DNA of 56,988 nucleotides, the filler included, from Ionaspis alba (lineage: Eukaryota), in NCBI GenBank assembly GCA_964255285.1. It is 4 parts of 4 records of this genome, joined end to end, with 100 filler letters (N's around TTAATTAATTAA, not from the genome) between each part and the next. Parts side by side here need not be neighbours in the genome. Positions count along the whole stretch, not along the records: positions 14,284 to 28,464 come from CAXUUL010000435.1; positions 28,565 to 42,729 come from CAXUUL010000436.1; 2 more parts are not named here. One strand, written 5' to 3'. The position numbers and the translations under genes were made by a program. How positions within the stretch are numbered: position 1 is the first letter of the stretch; each line of letters starts with the position of its first letter. The notes beneath the pieces were generated by a model. The model saw only the letters and a list, made by a program, of their open reading frames with translations, had not been told where the DNA came from and searched no databases. This document shows positions 26,953-39,592 of this stretch, piece after piece.

Positions 26953-28464
26953 ATGGGATCACAGTGCGCACAGAACAACGGGCAACGCAATGCTTCGTCT
27001 GCTAAACCTGCCGCAGGAAAGTACTCCTCCTCGGCGCAGGGTTCGTGACAAAGCCCACCGTCAAAGTCCTCAGCGACGCAGGCATAGAAGTTACTGTTGG
27101 TTCGTTAATCGTGTTTCCCTTTCATCGAATCTTGCGGCTGATCTGCAGGAAGCTTGCCGAACACTGGAGAGTGCACAGAAGCTTTCTCAAGGAATCAAAA
27201 ACACCAAAGCCATATCTCTCGACGTTACAGACTCAGTAGCATTGGATGTTAGAGTAAAGGAAGCAGATGTGGTTGTCAGTCTCATACCATACACCTTTCA
27301 CGCTACCGTTATCAAGTCCGCGATCCGAGAGAAGAAGAATGTTGTTACAACCAGCTACGTTTCGCCTTCAATGCTCGAATTGGAGAAGGAGGTCAAAGAG
27401 GCCGGCATAACGGTGATGAACGAGATCGGAGTAAGCCAAAGAGACTTCTTTCACTTCTCTAGATGATAACAGCTTCTAGCTTGATCCTGGGATCGACCAT
27501 CTCTATGCTGTCAAGACTATTGACGAAGTGCACAAGGCTGGAGGAAAGATCACCGGTTTCTACTCGTACTGTGGTGGATTACCTGCTCCCGAAGCTTCGG
27601 ACAACCCATTGGGATACAAGTTCTCGTGGTCCTCAAGAGGTGTCTTGCTAGCTCTCCGAAACGACGCAAAATACTACAAAGATGGCAAGATAGTGGAGGT
27701 GTCAGGTCCCGAGCTCATGGGAAATGCCAAACCGTATTTCATCTACCCTGGGTTCGCTTTCGTGGCCTACCCCAATCGCGATTCGACACCATACAAGGAG
27801 AGGTACAACATCCCAGAAGCTCAGACCATAATTAGAGGTACCTTGCGATATCAAGGATTTCCAGAGTTTGTCCGCGTCCTTGTAGATATGGGCTTCTTGA
27901 GTGACGACAAGCAAGACTTCCTAGAGAAGCCCATCAGCTGGAAGGAGGCCACACAGAAGATACTGAAAGCCTCTTCCAGCAAGGAATCGTAAGTCTCAGA
28001 TAGACCGTTTCACGAAACACAGCTAACAACACTCAAGCGATTTGGAATGGGCCATCTCCTCCAAGACCAACTTTACCAACACCGAGGAGAAGTACAGAAT
28101 AATGGCGGGCCTCCGCTGGATCGGTCTCTTCTCCGACGATAAGATTACACCGCGCGGAAATCCACTAGACACCCTGTGCGCAACGCTGGAGCAGAAAATG
28201 CAGTACGGGCCTGAAGAGAGAGACATGGTTTTCCTACAGCACAAGTTCGAGATCGAGCACAAAGATGGCAGCAAGGAAACAAGAACGTCCACGCTGTGCG
28301 ACTACGGCGACCCTCAAGGCTATTCGGCGATGGCCAAGCTAGTGGGGATACCATGTGGAATCGCGGTCAAGCAGGTTCTTGATGGCACGATTTCTGAAGG
28401 GGGGATATTGGCGCCGATGACGAGGAAGATCAATGATCCGTTGATGAAGGCGCTCAAGGAGTAT
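26953..28464 (+). CDS. LYS9: Saccharopine dehydrogenase (glutamate-forming; saccharopine reductase), 3' end cut at the linker; at least 5 exons
   Basis: KVLLLGAGFV, VTVACRTL, NEIGLDPGIDHLYA, SYCGGLPAPEASDNPLGYKFSWS, RGTLRYQGF and SAMAKLVGIPCG. Confidence 0.96.
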
Positions 28465-28564
28465 NNNNNNNNNNNNNNNNNNNNNNNNNNNNNNNNNNNN
28501 NNNNNNNNTTAATTAATTAANNNNNNNNNNNNNNNNNNNNNNNNNNNNNNNNNNNNNNNNNNNN
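28465..28564. other. Artificial scaffold linker (N44-TTAATTAATTAA-N44)
   Basis: 12-mer at 28509-28520. Confidence 0.95.
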
Positions 28565-30016
28565 ACCGCGTCTTTGACATTCACACCGTGTAGATCGACC
28601 TCTTCAGTCGTAGATTGACCAGCGACTAGAGCGTCGGCGGCTACCGCGCTGTATTTCTCCACTGAGGCTGAGGCGTCCCGGCTGACGGAGGAATAGTAGC
28701 TTGCAGCGCCACCCATGAGTGGTTGGGAGCGAGATTTGCGGTAGGCGGCTGTGGCTTGAGCGAGAGCGGTAGCGCGGACATCGGTGTAGGTGGAGGCGAG
28801 GGTGGAGGCGGTGTTATGGGATAGGGCAGGGTTGCTCGTGAGAGTGGAGCTTGAGGTTGGAAGAGGAGCATCCTTTAGATCGGGCCGAGCATATTGAGGT
28901 ATTACTTGAATTAAGGGGCCTGTAGCGTACGACTGGGAGGTTGTAGTCAGGGCTTTGGCTAGCTCGTGGGCGGAGGCTGTGGAGGGGTGCGTCAGGTGAA
29001 TGAGGGCTTTGAGGTGCTCTGAGGCAATGGAAGGGAAGTCGGAACCGAGTTGAGCTGCATGGAGGTCAATGACTGGGTCTTCGATTGTTATGTATGGGTT
29101 TGTTGTCGGAGTTCTGGTGCAGAGATCTAGGATGGTAGCTGGCAGGGAAGCGTTGCATTTGTGGTAAGTCGAAGCTACAGTTTTGGCGGGTAAATTTGTC
29201 CTTTGCCTGATGAACTCCACGTCCTCTTGTGCTTGGGCCCATTTGCTTCTATTGTTGTTTGTGGATTTGTCAGAGAGAGGAGCAGGAGTCGAACTGGACC
29301 GACGTGCTAGAATTGTCCTTTTCCGCCTCTTGCCTTTGCCTCTACGTGGAGCAGAAGAACCGATAAAGGCTTCTATGCCTTTTGGGAGGACTCGTCGCTC
29401 GCCTTCACTGCTGTAATCTTGTTGCAGGAAAACCTGGCTGAGCAGCTCTTCTACCGTTCTTTCGAAGTTGTCTTGACACTTCTTCAGAGTGTAGCTTATG
29501 TCGAAGGGCTTCAGGTCTGGGAACATCTCCACCAGAAGAGCTTCCTTCTCCCTTGTAGGCAGAGTCTCAAGGCCAGCGTCGTACTCCTGCTCCTTAGGGC
29601 CCTGATCCTCGACGTTCCCGTTGATATCTAGTGATCTGACCGAGTACGAGAGGCTTGTCAAATCCGTATCCTCCATTCTCGACAGCGCATCCCCATTCCA
29701 TGACTGCGCACGATCTGAAGGTTCGCGGTCGCTGGTATTGTCTCGAAAGTTGCTGCTCCCGGACGGATCGAATGCTGTGCTCTCCTCAGCTTCTGCACTT
29801 GCTTTCAGAGCATCTAGAGTCGCGCGTACTTCGTTCAATGTCGTTGCGTCTGTAAGGTCGTAGTCGGAGATGATGGCGAAGACGAGGGCAGTGTCAAGCG
29901 GGGGACAGTAATGGCGCTGTAAAGAGTAAGAGAGGTCCGATGTTCTTTCACTGACATCTCTGATGCGAATCAGGCTGACTTTCCCGTACCTCGAGCTGAA
30001 ACGCTTCCTCATTCAT
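28565..30016 (-). CDS. CUE-like plus Smr-domain protein (Cue2/N4BP2-like), 3' truncated at the linker; one intron near the 5' end
   Basis: MNEEAFQLE|intron|RHYCPPLD. CUE-like LVEMFPDL...DNFERTVEELL, helix ATAAYRKSRSQPLMGGAASYYS, and the Smr start VDLHGVNVKDA. Confidence 0.8.
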
Positions 30017-30475
30017 TGTCAAGGGATGGTCTTGCACATTTGGTGGTCGTAAAAATGGTGCTTTTGTGATTTACTTGGACATTGGCGATTAGGAGGAATA
30101 CAACCTTGCTAAATTACTCGGAAACGAATCCTACACTAGGGTTGTCAGGCAACGAGCGGCAACAATCAGGGCAAAGCTTTGAAATATCAATGTTAAATCA
30201 TGATGATATCGCGCACCCTTGAACCTTTATGTCTGTCTTCGTCGTATGGTTGGGCTTAATCGTTATTTTCAAGTCCTCCTTACTAGTACCGTGGATGTAT
30301 AACTCGTGCCAGAGTCACGCTTTTAGGTACAATCGGCGCCACATTCGCATTTCCCGTGCTCAAATTACAGATACCCATACTCTCAGCCATCACGCTCTGC
30401 CTCCACCACAATCTCCCTCAATCGTGTTTCCAGAGATCCTCTACCTCCAACGAGCACTGACGTGCCCTGCACGTC

Positions 30476-32030
30476 CTACGTCTCGAATTCTGAACCTGAC
30501 AGTTCTGCATAGCTTACCTTCTCGACACTGCGTTTTGCTCTGTCTGGTGGGCCTGGTGAACCAATGAACTCGGGATACTGATATGTAGGATCTCCAATCT
30601 CATCTTCGTAAAGACCGTGCTCTTCCAAAACTTTCAATGCAACGGCCTCGGCGCGAGATTCTACCTCAGCACCTATGCCACTCTCAGTTCTGTTGGCCAA
30701 TTCCCTCAGAGACAGTCGTAGCTTCTTTGCTTTGTCCTCCACGCTCATGTTTGGAAGTCCCAGATCTGCCCCAGTCAAGATATCTACCATATCGGCTGTA
30801 GACTCGTCATCGACAAATGGGAAGATCTGCTTTGACCAGATCGTTTCGGTATCCATGGAGGTGCCGATACGGCGATAGATGTAGATGGTAGCGTCCACAT
30901 TGCCCATTAGTTGAGAATTCCTCAATTTCAATCTCCCAGCGTTATGGTGCTCCAGTATCTCTTTCGCAAGTCTTTTGTAGTCTCCTTCATAGCCTGCTAA
31001 GGTTGCCCTGGTCTGCTTGCTTTCTACCCAGCACTCATTATCTGGAACTTCTTCCGGAAGGAGAGGTGCTGTGTCCATGGTGTACTTAATACCAATGACC
31101 ATTTGTACCTTGTCATCGGAGTGAAAAAGCCATCTCTTAGCCTTGCTGTGTAAAGATTCGAGAGTTTGAGTGACGGCAACCTCTACGACAATGAAAGGAT
31201 GTTGTTTCTTGGTTCGATTTCGATGGGCAATAGACACGTCAGGCTGTTTCTTGTAGCCTTTTTCAGATCTTGATGCTATCAGAGAAAAGTATCAGTGGTT
31301 GTGTTAATAGGCCCGGAATTGAACAGCAACTTCTGCGATATCCAAAACAGAGATAAGATCAAAACTCACTTTGGCCAGGTGTTATCTGTAGCTGTTGCTT
31401 CACTCCAATCTCGCGGCTCTCCTCATAGAGCCATTCCAGGAGGTATCCCACAATACTGTCATGCAAGGGCCCTTCGTCAGCCTTGATCATCAGTCTTCGG
31501 AGCTGTGGATCGTATTCATAGCCTCCTCCATCTTGCTGTACCAGGGAACTCTCTTTAGCCGCCCATTTCTCAAAGTCATGTAAGGGGATATCTAGTCCAA
31601 GAGTCACAAGCCCTCGGTTGGTAGCAATGATCTGATCGACATACTCTCTGGTCACCTCATCCAGAGACTCAGGAGGTTTTGGTAGATGAACTGTAGCGTA
31701 CTCCTCTTCAAAAGTCAAAGGTTTGTGAGGAACCTTTTCTGGCGTGCTCAATAACGAAGACACGTCAATCCCAGAATCAGACGAATGTGAGAGTCTCAAC
31801 TCCTTTGCATCATTGGTTGTGGATTGAGAAACCGCGCATGGCATCGTTGGTGTTGGTGTCGAAAGTGAGTCATCGATTCTGCTCATTGTAGATTTCGTTG
31901 GCGTCTTTATGTGGTCGTTTTTCTGGTCGGATACAAGGCTGCATCTTGTGGATGGAGTTGGCTGGACGAACGGTTGTCGGGAACAGTTTGAATAGCTTCG
32001 GGTATTTGTTTCACCTGCGACAGCGGCCAT
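30476..32030 (-). CDS. Uma2/DUF820-like PD-(D/E)xK restriction-endonuclease-fold protein; exons 32030-31370, 31275-30476 (start codon uncertain)
   Basis: In-frame splice (GTGAGT...CTGAT...TAG) gives YEYDPQLRRLMIK..GPLHDSI...KKQPDVSI...PFIVVEVAVTQTLESLHSKAKRWL...VQMVIGIK. Confidence 0.65.
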
Positions 32031-32269
32031 GCTCTTCGATTGGTGTTGGGAACTTGGGAGAAGTAGGAAAGTATTTAACAGTGGGGTAGCGAGAACCCCG
32101 GATTAACTATACTCCGTCTTCGGTACCTCTTGGTTGTTGACAAAAGAATTTTAGGGAGGCCGCCGCCTTACGCCATTAAGGTTTCGAAATTTTAGGTGGG
32201 GATATCGCGAATTTGAGATCGATGGATGCCTTCTTCCACTGTACGTATAAAGTACTACTGATTTGGTAA

Positions 32270-32301
32270 GCATGGCCCAGACGCATGGCCCAGACGCATG
32301 G
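32270..32301. repeat. 13-nt tandem repeat GCATGGCCCAGAC, ~2.5 copies
   Basis: Copies start at 32270, 32283 and 32296 (partial). Confidence 0.8.
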
Positions 32302-33644
32302 AAATAGGCAAAGTAATAAGCCAGTTACGAAAGAGCCGCAATAGTTGACTGCGTCACATTTGGTACCTATGCTCCATCCCTAGTACGCGGTAACCTTCCA
32401 ACCACTCTTCGTATATCCACAGACAGGTCAATCCTGCGTCGTCTGCAATGCTGAGGCACTCGGGTACATGCTTTTTATTCGTCTTGACTTGATCAACCAC
32501 TATTTGCAGTCATGGGACGTTTTCCAAAGAGGGCTCTTTATTATTGGCCAAGGGCACCCACCTGGAGTCTCGGCGCATGGCGTCAGAAAAATGTTCCGGA
32601 CGCCAGTGGAGAAAAGGTTGCCTGAAATCAGTGATCTGTGCATGGGTGCTGGCTGACCCTTTGATACCCATTCTGTTTCTGAGCATGTATTCCTCCGACG
32701 TGTTCAACCCCAATTCTACGACACGCTAAGTTCATGAACAGAGAGGCAAACACGGAGTTTTCTTGGTGCTGGAGGACCCTCTGAAAGAACATGCTACGTT
32801 AGACCATGGTTTTTACTTGCTGACACTGCGTCCCCTCCTCACCAGTTCGAAGCCCTGGCTTCTGCTCGGTAATTGTCCATGGCTCTAATCAAGGTTCTCT
32901 GCAGACGATTCAGTCAGAGCAGTATGCGAGGTATTGGTCAAGCTTTCAAACGCTCTTGGCGTCCGCCCAATGTATTGATGCCAGATATCCCGGGAGCTAC
33001 GGTGACTCATGGCTTGATCTGCAAGGACAGCCTATGCGAGGCAGGAAGGTGGCACGTTCAAATGGGAGGTGAAAGATAGCCAACAAGATAATGCAGATAT
33101 GAGGCAAAGAGGCAAACAGTGAAGCAGCGACCATCCCTCAGCACGATCTTGAGTCATGGGCTGGACGAGGCACAGTATGTGGATGACAACGAAGTGCAAC
33201 CACAAATCAACCAGGACTACACAACGTACGCAAAGCAGGTAGTGAGCATGGTGAGAGTTGTAGTCTTCATTCACTATGATAGTCCTTGACTGTTCCCTCT
33301 CAATATCTGCAGCAATAATGAGCACTCCCGTACAAGATCTAGATCCCGGCGCACGCCTAGCTCCAAATCATTCTAGCCCCCAAACATCATCACCCACAGT
33401 GTGCAATACAGCAATGCTGATTAAGCTAGCTAGTTAGCTTTGTAAAGAGAGGCAGGAGTAGAGAAAAGAAAAACATTCTGTTGTGTTCAAAGAGCCAGAC
33501 AGCTCATACATAACCTCCACAATGCAACCGCTAGATGGCGCCAAGAAATGCTAATGACCACCCATTGTCCTTCCCATTCCTGTTCCTCTTCCCCTCCTTC
33601 TCCTTATCACAAAGTGTACGCCTCAAATATCTGTTGGTGAAAAG

Positions 33645-36600
33645 CTAAGAGAGGTGGAATGCGCCTTGGCCTTCGCGGATGGCGGTGTAGAGCCGTGTGC
33701 GCATGGTGTCGAGATCGGTGTAGTCGGGGAGTTTGAGGTAGTTGACGCAAGTCATGACGCTAGGTAGGTAGTCGTCGGAGGTATAGGGCGGTTCGCTCGG
33801 TTTGCAGACGACCGTGAACATGGGGGTGAGGGATTTGAAACCTGAGGTGGTGTGTTAGTAAAAGCAGAAATCCAAATTCTATAGATCAGTGGCATACCTC
33901 CGATGGGGAGCTTAGGACTACCAGTCACAAATTGGAGGAAGTCACGGCGGTTAGTCGGTGTGAGCTCGCTCATAGTTTGAAGTAGGTTTCGGACACTCTT
34001 GCTATCCATGTTGAATCCGTGGTCTGCTTTGATAGAATCCATAAGAGCTAGTAGTAGTGTGTCAGTAGCTGTCAGGATGACGCTGAACTAGAAAACTCAC
34101 TCTCTATGGTCCAATCCTCCTCGACTCTCCCAAACAACATTACGAGCTCTGATGGAGTGAAAGCCCTCAGTGCAGAGTATGGAAAGACTTGAGAGAACCC
34201 AGCCCTGAAAGCTTCAATCTGACGCTGTACTCCACTCCCGAGAGTGAAGTCCACGACTTTGTCAACATAGTTAGTGACATTGTCAATAGTGACCGGAATA
34301 TTTGCGCCATTATTGATGAGCTCAATCGCTGGGTACCCAGGCAGCGTGAAGTCCAAACCCAGATCCTCGACATCGACATCGTTGATCTTGATCTGCCGAG
34401 AAGCCTGGGCCTTTTGAGCAGGAGTAAGGTAGCTGTTCTCGTCAACCTTCTTCTTGAGAAGAGCAAACTGCTTCAGCAACTTGAGGGAATTGGCAAGATC
34501 GACATCCACAGTCCTGACTGTTCCCAAAGATAGCGGCACGGTGCTGGGACGATCGCCCACTTTGAAGAAAGTGGGGTTGAAAGAGACATCGATGATCCTC
34601 GAGTCTAACATTGACCTGCCCACAAACTTGCCAAGCATCTTGAAAAGATGTAGGATCTTCTTGCCATTCTCTGTCTCAGCTTGTTCTGTGCTCATCGGAG
34701 CAGGGAATAATCCGAGTTTGCCAAAAGCGTACTCGTCCTTTGCATTAGACTCGTTCTCTCGCCAAAGTTTGATCTTCTTCTTTGAGAATTCTTTCGAGAC
34801 AGTGGAGTAGAACTCTAATGTTGGTCCAAGGCCAGTGCCCACTTCTTCGAAATACTCGACTTCGAGAACGCTTGGTGACGCGCCATAGAGCTCCATCACC
34901 TTGACAGCAGATTCCAGGATTCGAGTGCGAGCAATGCGGACCTTCTGGCGCTGCAGTCGGCCAAGGAACGGTCTTTCATCTCGGTGACGATCACGTCTTG
35001 TTTCATCAGTCGACTGAGCGTTTTGCCACCGAGTCATCGAGCGAGAGTAGCCGAACGATGTTGATTGGAGGAAGAGGTGCCGGGTCTCAAAGGGGAACAG
35101 GAACGGGTACAGGCGTGCTAGGTCTTCAGCCCAACTCGGAAGGCAGTTGCTAGCCACGATCAACGGCTCTTCAAGTTGTCTGTTGAGTTTTGCCGTGAGC
35201 TTGGTATTGACAAATTGAGCAAGTGGCTCAGCATTCATCTTGAAGTTATCCTGCTTTTCGTCGAGAACTACGTCGAGGTTGGCATTCAACTCGTGTAGAA
35301 TGTTCAACAATCGAAGGATCTTTGAAGTCGCGGGATGCTTGTGTAGAGATAAAGGGAGACCCGAATTTGTTGCTTCAGCAGCCGACTCTGGAGGTGGTGT
35401 CAAGATTGATGGTTCGGGTGGTGGAGGGCCTTCTACTCTCTTGAACCTGATCGGATGGATTGCTGACCACACATTTCGGAGGGCTGGCTCATCCGGCTGC
35501 GATCTGTTGTAGTGAACGGCGCGATATATGGTAGTCTCGTTTGGTATTGGCTGGTCATCAATACTGAACTGAATGTGCCAATCCTGTGGTACAGCTTGAA
35601 TAGCGGCTGCGTAAGACATCGCGCGACCAGTTGCGGATCCTGGTGTGATGGCAGTTCTGAGGTGCGAAGGCGGAGCTCTCTGGACAGCAGCTGCCAGAGA
35701 CGTTTGAGAGGGCGTAGGAACTCGAGTCCCATCTTCCTCCCTTGCGGTGACTCCACCGGACGGAGCAACCTCTAGACTGACAGCTGTGGGATCTGGAAGA
35801 GCAGCACCTTCCATTTCGTCTTCGAGGTCATCTACAAACGCATCGAGCGCACTCTGATCGTCCATGTTCTCTTCGTCCGATAGCTGGCGTTCGTCTGCAC
35901 ATTCTAGTGGCTGCTTTGCTTCCTCAGAAGCTTGTGTGCCCACGGCGGTCGGTGGTTGAGGTTTAGGTTGATGCCTCCTACTTGAGCGACGTGCTGCTGC
36001 AGGCTTTTCGACCGCAGTGGGAGTATCGATAGCAGATGCTACTCCTGTTCCCGGAGGCTTACTCTTAGAGGGTTTGCGAGAATTTTTGGTGGCCGGAGCT
36101 GTGCTAGCGGGGGTAGGCAGTGATGGCGTCTCGGGTGGATTCAAGAGACCTCTATCAAGCAGCCGCTGTTGCGGATTCGATATACCAGCAGCAGCAGCAA
36201 ATGCTGCTAGCGCGTTAGAAACGCCTTCATGATGGCGTCCACCGCGAGGCCGTTCGGAGAGACTGATACGAGGACGCAGATAGTCATCCAAAGCTTTGAA
36301 TGTTGCAATGGCGTGGATGGAGACCATTATGTTGCGGTAATTACGAGGAATCTCCGAGTCGTCGTCAGCCACGAGCTTCAGCCGAAGTTGCTTTGCCAAC
36401 ATTGATGCTGCACTGCTGCGGTTGCTATCGAAGGAGTTGTGATGCACCGTGATGACTTCGAAGTGCTCTGCCCGGCTGAGGAGGTCCTGCAGCTTATGCA
36501 CAAGTACGCTGAAAGAAGTCGTGGGAGCTTTGCTACCTGTGCTCATGTTTTGGCTCCTCAAGGTAGTGCCCATAAACGCCTGAAGGAAGCATGCCCTAGC

Positions 36601-39592
36601 CTCGCTGCTGAGTGATTCTGTAGTGAGTTAGTCATTGATGGCAGTGTATGGAGAATCGGATACGTCATTCACCATTAGTGTTATTGAAGACATCTAGCAG
36701 GACGTCTACGATCTCGGAATTGAGCAATTCAGCACTGGTCATACTTTCCAGAGCGTCTCCCCCAAAATATTGAGAGAGTTGTCTGAAAAGGCCCAGGCCA
36801 TCACCGATATGATCGCCCGAGTAACAGTTCCGGATGTCCTTGGCCAGATTTCCGACATCGTCCAATATCGCAAGACCTTTGTCCCGCATGGATTTGCCCT
36901 TTGCATCCTCATGAATTTCGAGAATCTTCTTGGCTCGGAGCACGACATAGTCTTGGAGACTACTCGCAAGAGGGGCGGCGGGATAATGGTGCTCGGATGA
37001 GGAAGATGAGCTCGGTGAGGGAGAGATTACGTCGTGAATATCATGGGGCTCATCATCATCATCACCGTCATCGTCATCGTCCTCGTCACCATCGTCATCG
37101 TTATCATCTTCGTCCTCACCATCGTCTTCGTCTGGCTGACGATCCTCATGAATATGAAGTTCGCCTGAGTTCCTTCCGATGTCAACCTTTTCGTTCAGAG
37201 CATCTTGGGTTTGGTTCTGCGCCACGGGCTGTGGTGTCGGCTCGGTGTCTGGTTCGACCTTGATGGCCTTGGCCTTCTCCATGACGGCTTTTTCTGGCGG
37301 AGTGGCTAATTTGGATATCTCCGCAAAGACACCTTCGCGATAGAATTGGTATCGATAAATAGATTCCAATCGAAGGAGGAGGAGTTCTGTTGCTTGCAAT
37401 GCAGAGATGACAAGTGAAGGGTGATCTTGCTGTGACAGGATTGAAGCCAGGTATGATGCATAAGGAACAGTTCGTAGAGCACTTTCCAGAATGGGTACCT
37501 CCAGATTTGACAACATCTTCAACTGAGCCGTCAAAACTTTCTGCCGAACGTTGAGATTCACAGTGCTCGAATATGCATGTGTCAAGGTCGGGAGTAAGAT
37601 CGTGGCAAATCTCTTGAGCTCCGGCTGACAGCCTTTCAAGAGTTCAATCCTTTTTGCATTGGGAGACTTCTTGGTTTTTGGGTGAGCAATAGTGACCAGC
37701 TCGTCTCCATTGTATCCAGCGTCATGAAGCTCATCTTGCATTGATAGACCGTCCGTTGAGACGCCAGGCAATAATTCGCAGATTACATTGAGCGCTTCGT
37801 AAATATGCTCTCGTGGTCTGTGGATCAGAGCTTGCATGATGACTACGCCGTCAATCTCACCCGCAACATCTGTGCCAGAGGGAGGAGATACGCCGGTGAG
37901 GATCTGATAGATTGTGTCTACCACGTCCATCTTGAGCAACTCAGTTGCCAGCGAAGGACTTGCCCGGGCTGTAATGGCTAGTACACGGAGAAACTGTGTG
38001 TGAATACTTGGTCCGATGAGGTTGGTCGTGCCGGGAAGAAGTAGACGTAAGATGGCTTTGAGAAGTTCAGGTTGAATCAATTCCTCAAGCTTGCCTTGCT
38101 GATACTTGAAGCTCTCAACTACTCTTGAGACGCAGAGTGAGCTTTGTTCCACGACCTTTTGATCACTGCTGCCGAGGACATTGAGAAGGACGGGCATGAC
38201 ATCCCGGACCACCGGGAATGAGTCGTCTGGAATATTGCGACAGCAATTTGCTGCTGTTGTGACAGCGGATCTCTGAGTGCTGGTGGGGAAGAAGTCAAGG
38301 TACGTCAGGCAAGCCGTAAGGCCACCCTCACGTACGATAGAGGCTGGAAACTCGACGGATATCTTCTCCAAAGTCTAAAGAAAACCATTAAGTAAGGTCC
38401 ATATCTCACTGGAAGGATAAGGACTTACGCTCAGTGCCTGTTCAGCAAGATCGATGTAGTGAATCTCCAAGAGTTTCTGGCATAGAATTGGAACAGCCCC
38501 ACCGTAGACGACATTTGCGGTGGCCGGAGGCAGAGCTTCCATGAGATTTGCGATACATCGACATGCGAGTAGCATCATTTCCGGATTTTCCTCCCCGAAA
38601 TCGTTCGGTTGCATTAAGGTAACTAACTCTTTGACGAATTGATCAGGAGCAAAGTGTCCTGAGAGATTATCTTCTGTTGAGATGAGAAGCAGCTCTGATA
38701 GCTCAGTGAGAGCAATGAGTTGGACCGAGGGATCTTCCTTTTGCCTGAGATGCGCCAGAATATCTCGTAGGCGTGACGCTGTAGATCCTCCGGACATCAT
38801 CCCACTCAAGGCACGCATAGTATGTGATATACCTCCTGGCCCTCCACTATGACGACCGAGCAAAGCACCTCTGAAAGGATCGCCGCCGTCATCATCCTCG
38901 TCATCCTCGTCGTAGTCCCTAGGCCTTTCCCCAACATCCTCGTTATCATCACTCATATCTCTAACCGCTTTCCGCGCTTCTGACTCGGGTACAGCTGCTT
39001 TAGACGTATCAGGGGTTTCGGTCATCGTCACGTCCTCATTCTTCTTGGCATTTGCTTTCTTGGAGCGTCGTGGGGAGGTTGGAGGGCCGGATGCTGATGG
39101 ATCTAGAGCCTGTCATCCACATGTCCTATGGAATTCACTTTTGTGATTCCACAAACCTTGTGTAACTCTCTTATTTCGATTCGACTTCCGTTTCGAAGCG
39201 CTTGTCGCTGTACTCTGGCCTGTATTGTTCTCGACGGCTGGCTCCGATGATGGCCTATCCATTTGTAAGCTCAAGCTAATCGTTTGGTCGAGACATCCTC
39301 CTCACCCCGGAGCTGACATAGCCACCTGTGGCTTTTCTCTTGTACGACGAGATCGAGGAACCACCGGGGGTGCAGATTCTGGTATCTCGACTTTCTGCTT
39401 CTTGGTACGGCGAGGAGGTACAGGTCTCGCTGGTTCAGTTGAAATCTCGGCTCGCTGTTCTGGCGAGCCGGCCTTGCGCTTTCGAGATTGATGAGCAGGA
39501 TGAACTGCAGTAGGAATCGAGGGTGTAGCAGCCGTGGCTGCTGATGGATCTGCTGCGAGTCTCGCGGCAGAGCGAGTAACTCTGGAAGACAT
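33645..39592 (-). CDS. UFD4: HECT E3 ubiquitin ligase Ufd4/TRIP12 (ARM repeats plus HECT), multi-exon
   Basis: [88 protein letters not shown] and GQGAFHLS*. Confidence 0.96.

Noticed and set aside
32400..33365. Fragmented ORFs and a GGCG-CA-CGCC mini-hairpin followed by TAG (Helitron-end-like)
   Set aside because: The hairpin is only 4 bp, and there is no Rep/helicase remnant or terminal repeats I can verify.
37050..37131. (TCA/TCG)n microsatellite-like tract
   Set aside because: It simply encodes the Asp/Glu-rich linker of UFD4.
546..39592. Apparent ERAD/ubiquitin cluster (PNG1, derlin, CUE protein, UFD4) and ribosome-biogenesis cluster (UTP4, CBF5)
   Set aside because: Most of these genes sit on different concatenated scaffolds, so the proximity is an artefact.
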